In this document: in pieces, positions 61,396 to 64,000 of the stretch
Numbering within the stretch: position 1 is the first letter of the stretch
Layout: every line of letters begins with the position of its first letter
DNA from: an uncultured Candidatus Entotheonella sp.
GTDB taxonomy: Bacteria > Tectomicrobia > Entotheonellia > Entotheonellales > Entotheonellaceae
DNA length: 64,000 nt
Assembly: GCA_965215335.1 (NCBI GenBank)
Contig: CBDCDA010000001.1
Coordinates: 2,071,151-2,135,150 of the forward strand
Reading direction: 5' to 3'
The notes under the pieces: generated by a model
What the model was told of the DNA's origin: nothing
The model's database searches: none
The model's input: only the letters and a program-made list of their open reading frames with translations
Made by a program: the position numbers and the translations under genes

Positions 61396-63078
61396 TCACA
61401 CCAAACTGCGCTGAATGATCTGCGACTTCTGCAGCATGTCGGCCAGGTAGTCCTCGCCCAGGGCGTCGGCGCTCGCCGTCATGCTGCGGGTGAAGGCGTC
61501 AACGTTGCCGTCGATCAGTGCCTGCGCCAGGGTCTGCACGACGTCGAGGTAGGCTTTCAGGATCGTCGGGCCCTGCAAGTTGTAGGACTGGATTTCGCTG
61601 TAGAGGGCCGGGTCGGCCCGCAGGATGCGGCCCATGATGGCCAGCGACGTGCGGGAATTCGGCGAGCTGTAGTGATCCATCTCGGTCGGGTTGCTGAAGT
61701 GCGTGTGCAGCACCTGCGCCAGCGCGACCTTGGTGAAATGTTCGAGATTCTGGTGAAAGGCCATCTGCTTGTCGTGGTACTGCGGCGTCGTATAGGTGAT
61801 GGTGGCGCCGTGCTTGTAAAAAATATCCTCAAACTCCTTGGCGCGGGGCCCCGACGCGGGGGCGTGGGTGAAGACGATGTTCTGGTGGTGCAGGCTCTCC
61901 ACGCGTGGGCCGAAGATGGTGTGCATGCCGAGCACTTCGACGCCCTCCGGCACCGCGGCCAGCATGGCTTCGACGGGTTGCGTCTTGATGGAGGTGTTGT
62001 CGGCGATGAGCTGACCGGGGCGGAAATAGCGGCCCACGTCGTGGATCACGTCCACCGTGTTGCGGATGGGCACGTTGATGATGACCACGTCGGACTGCTC
62101 GATGCACCGCTGGTAAGTGAGCGGCGTGCGGCGGCCGCTGATGAGCACGTTGTAGCCCGCCTCGCCCAGGAATTTCTTGAACCACTGCCCCATCTGGCCC
62201 GTACCGCCGAGGATGCCGATGGTCTTGATCCCCGGCTCGTTGAAAGCGCAGCGCGGGTAGGTGCCGAACACCTTGACCTCGACTTCCTGGTCGCTGAACC
62301 GCCGCGCCAGATCGGCCATGCACGCCGCCACCGGTTCGTCCTCGAGGTGCCCCTTGACCTCCATGTGGAATAGAAAGGCGCCGCGGGTGTCCGGGCGCGA
62401 ATGGATGGAGGACAGGTCGAGCTTGTGATCGCGGCTGATGACGGAGAGGATGTCGTTCAGCAGGCCCAGGCGGTCGTGTTGCGGATAGAGGGCGAAGGCG
62501 GTGGCGTCGCGCCCGGTGCGAGGATGGTAAGGCTCCGAGGCGGGGCCGAGGACGGCAAAACGGGTCTTGTTCTGCTTGACGTTACCGATATCACGGTCGA
62601 GAACGTGCAGACCATACTGGTTCAGGGCCGTCTCGCTGCCGATGGCCGCCGCGTCCGTCAGGCGCTGCGTGGCGATGGTTTCCATAGCCGCGCTGGTACT
62701 GTCCACGTCGAGGCATTGCACCTGCGGGTAATTGGCTTGCAGGTAAGCCGAACACTGCTTCAGCGCCTGGTCCTTGGAAAGAATGCGACTGACCTGGGAC
62801 TGCGGGCTGAGAACCCCGATGGCGTGCTGGATAGGCAGCACGAGCATATCGACGAGCTTGACGCGGTCGGCACGCTGGAACAGGTTGTCCAGGGTCTCGG
62901 TCACCGGCCCCTGGATGACGTTCTCGATGGGCACCAGCCCGCACGCCACCTCCTGCCGGGTCACGGCGTCGAACACCGATTCAATGGAGGCATAGGGCAC
63001 ATATTCTGCCTCCGCCATGGCCGCCTTCGCTGCCTCCTCCGTGTACGTTCCCTGCGGTCCCAAAAAGCCGATTTTCAC
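61396..63078 (-). CDS. Prephenate dehydratase-ACT-prephenate dehydrogenase fusion (PheA-TyrA)
   Basis: FLGPQGTYTEEA, VPIEN, QAL.QC, NKTRF; ACT with IHSRP; then IGILGGTGQMG, DNTSIK, GMHTIFGP, HDKQMA..Q.L.HF. Confidence 0.9.
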   Translation of the reverse strand: MKIGFLGPQGTYTEEAAKAAMAEAEYVPYASIESVFDAVTRQEVACGLVPIENVIQGPVTETLDNLFQRADRVKLVDMLVLPIQHAIGVLSPQSQVSRILSKDQALKQCSAYLQANYPQVQCLDVDSTSAAMETIATQRLTDAAAIGSETALNQYGLHVLDRDIGNVKQNKTRFAVLGPASEPYHPRTGRDATAFALYPQHDRLGLLNDILSVISRDHKLDLSSIHSRPDTRGAFLFHMEVKGHLEDEPVAACMADLARRFSDQEVEVKVFGTYPRCAFNEPGIKTIGILGGTGQMGQWFKKFLGEAGYNVLISGRRTPLTYQRCIEQSDVVIINVPIRNTVDVIHDVGRYFRPGQLIADNTSIKTQPVEAMLAAVPEGVEVLGMHTIFGPRVESLHHQNIVFTHAPASGPRAKEFEDIFYKHGATITYTTPQYHDKQMAFHQNLEHFTKVALAQVLHTHFSNPTEMDHYSSPNSRTSLAIMGRILRADPALYSEIQSYNLQGPTILKAYLDVVQTLAQALIDGNVDAFTRSMTASADALGEDYLADMLQKSQIIQRSLV

Positions 63079-63140
63079 AAGTCGTCCCTCGCCGTGATAA
63101 CGTCGTTCCTCATGAGTGCAGCCCGTCCAATCCCCCAAGG

Positions 63141-63210
63141 CGTCATCCCGGGCTCGACCCGGAACCCAGTTACTCTGGTTCTGGAAAACCTTCTGGATTT
63201 CCGTCCCGGA
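63141..63210 (+). repeat. Palindromic repeat element (GTCATCCCGGGCTCGACCCGG type), degenerate
   Basis: Similar to 10054-10094; CCGGG-CTCGA-CCCGG hairpin followed by CCAG..CTGG. Confidence 0.5.
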
Positions 63211-63319
63211 TCAGAATCTAAGGCAGGCTTGATGTCCTTGCGGTGTCTGCGGAATACTGGAAGCGCTCGTTACAGCACGCCATAAGGGGCCGAACAAACA
63301 TTGCAGGAAGGGTGATCAC

Positions 63320-63859
63320 ATGCCCCGTTACACCGTCTATGGCGGCAGCTTCGATCCGGTACATGCCGGGCACGTATCCATGATCCGGCGAGCCGGCGAG
63401 CTCGGCTACCACGTCATCGTCGTGCCGGCCTTTCGCCACGCCTTCGGCAAGCAGTCCACGCCCTTCGAGCAGCGGCTCCGCATGTGCCGCCTAGCCCTCG
63501 ATACCCCGTTGCAAGCCCACGCCAGCGTCAGCGACGTCGAACGCCGCCTGGCCACCGACGACAGCGAACCCGTCTACACCTACGACGTCCTCCGCCAACT
63601 CTGGGGCTGCCTAAAGCAGCCACTCTCTCTTCTCGTCGGCCCCGACATCGCCGCCGAATGGCAGCGCTGGCACCGCCACACCGACATCGACCGGGAATTC
63701 GGCCGCCTCAGCCTCCCCGCCACCCACACGGTTCGCAGCAGCGACATCCGCCAACGGCTCCGGCAAGGCGTACGGCCCAACTCTCTCCGCGCAATGATAC
63801 CCGAGGCGGTGGCTGCGTACATTTCGGCGCAAGGGCTTTATTGCTGCAGGTCGGGTTAG
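63320..63859 (+). CDS. nadD: Nicotinate-nucleotide adenylyltransferase-like protein
   Basis: YGGSFDPVHAGH (HxGH), R..M, YTYD.L, LVG.D, W.RW, RSSDIR, V..YI...GLY. Confidence 0.8.
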   Translation: MPRYTVYGGSFDPVHAGHVSMIRRAGELGYHVIVVPAFRHAFGKQSTPFEQRLRMCRLALDTPLQAHASVSDVERRLATDDSEPVYTYDVLRQLWGCLKQPLSLLVGPDIAAEWQRWHRHTDIDREFGRLSLPATHTVRSSDIRQRLRQGVRPNSLRAMIPEAVAAYISAQGLYCCRSG

Positions 63860-63875
63860 CAAAGCATAATCCGAT
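63846..63875 (+). repeat. REP-like palindrome, copy 4
   Basis: GCAGGTCGGGTTAGCAAAGCATAATCCGAT. Confidence 0.65.
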
Positions 63876-63960
63876 GGCGCGCGTCGTCTTGCCGGAATTC
63901 TCGGAGCAGGCCGGTCTCGCCAACGCCGACGATGCAATACTCGTCCGTCAGGCGACCCAT
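63876..63960 (-). pseudogene. N-terminal stub of a thiolase-like (lipid-transfer type) protein
   Basis: GGAG RBS, MGRLTDEYCIVGVGET / SENSGKTTRAIG, frameshifted and running directly into the REP. Confidence 0.6.
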
Positions 63961-63978
63961 GATGTGTTCTCCGCGCCG

Positions 63979-64000
63979 CTACAGCAGCTTGTCGTAAAAG
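63979..64000 (-). CDS. 3' end of an upstream gene (..FYDKLL*)
   Basis: Stop TAG at 63979-81, 18 bp before the thiolase stub start; too short to assign. Confidence 0.3.

Overview
GC-rich chromosomal segment from a diderm bacterium (complete tolQRAB-pal-cpoB operon). The gene mix (LLM oxidoreductase, TRAP transporter, PQQ dehydrogenase, acyl-CoA dehydrogenase) suggests an environmental or host-associated heterotroph, but taxonomy cannot be fixed from this window. Housekeeping and metabolic genes include dapF, ltaE, an orphan nuoB, greA, cinA, mutM, a pyrE-like gene, a family-B DNA polymerase, aguAB, sat-cysC, a Lon-like protease, tenA, a PheA-TyrA fusion and a nadD-like gene. They are interleaved with many eroded relics: an IS5-family element plus a 76-bp mini copy, an ISAs1 scrap, a collapsed DUF499/DUF1156 anti-phage locus, a dead toxin/DUF2283 pair, and fragments of an MFS transporter, a molybdopterin oxidoreductase, an ABC binding protein and a thiolase. 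GTAG-type REP hairpins and several perfect 8-16 bp tandem duplications are also present. The most notable element is at 46.6-51.5 kb. A promoter overlapped by a Fur/Zur-like box drives a small leader ORF (hydrophobic N-terminus, H/CxxC metal site, C-terminal RAPP arrest motif). Its RAP codons are complementary (11/12 nt) to the Shine-Dalgarno/start codon of the downstream His-rich outer-membrane protein and metal ABC importer. This is a candidate metal-sensing ribosome-stalling switch. No rRNA, tRNA or CRISPR array was seen. All family assignments come from motif recognition by eye, not from database searches.
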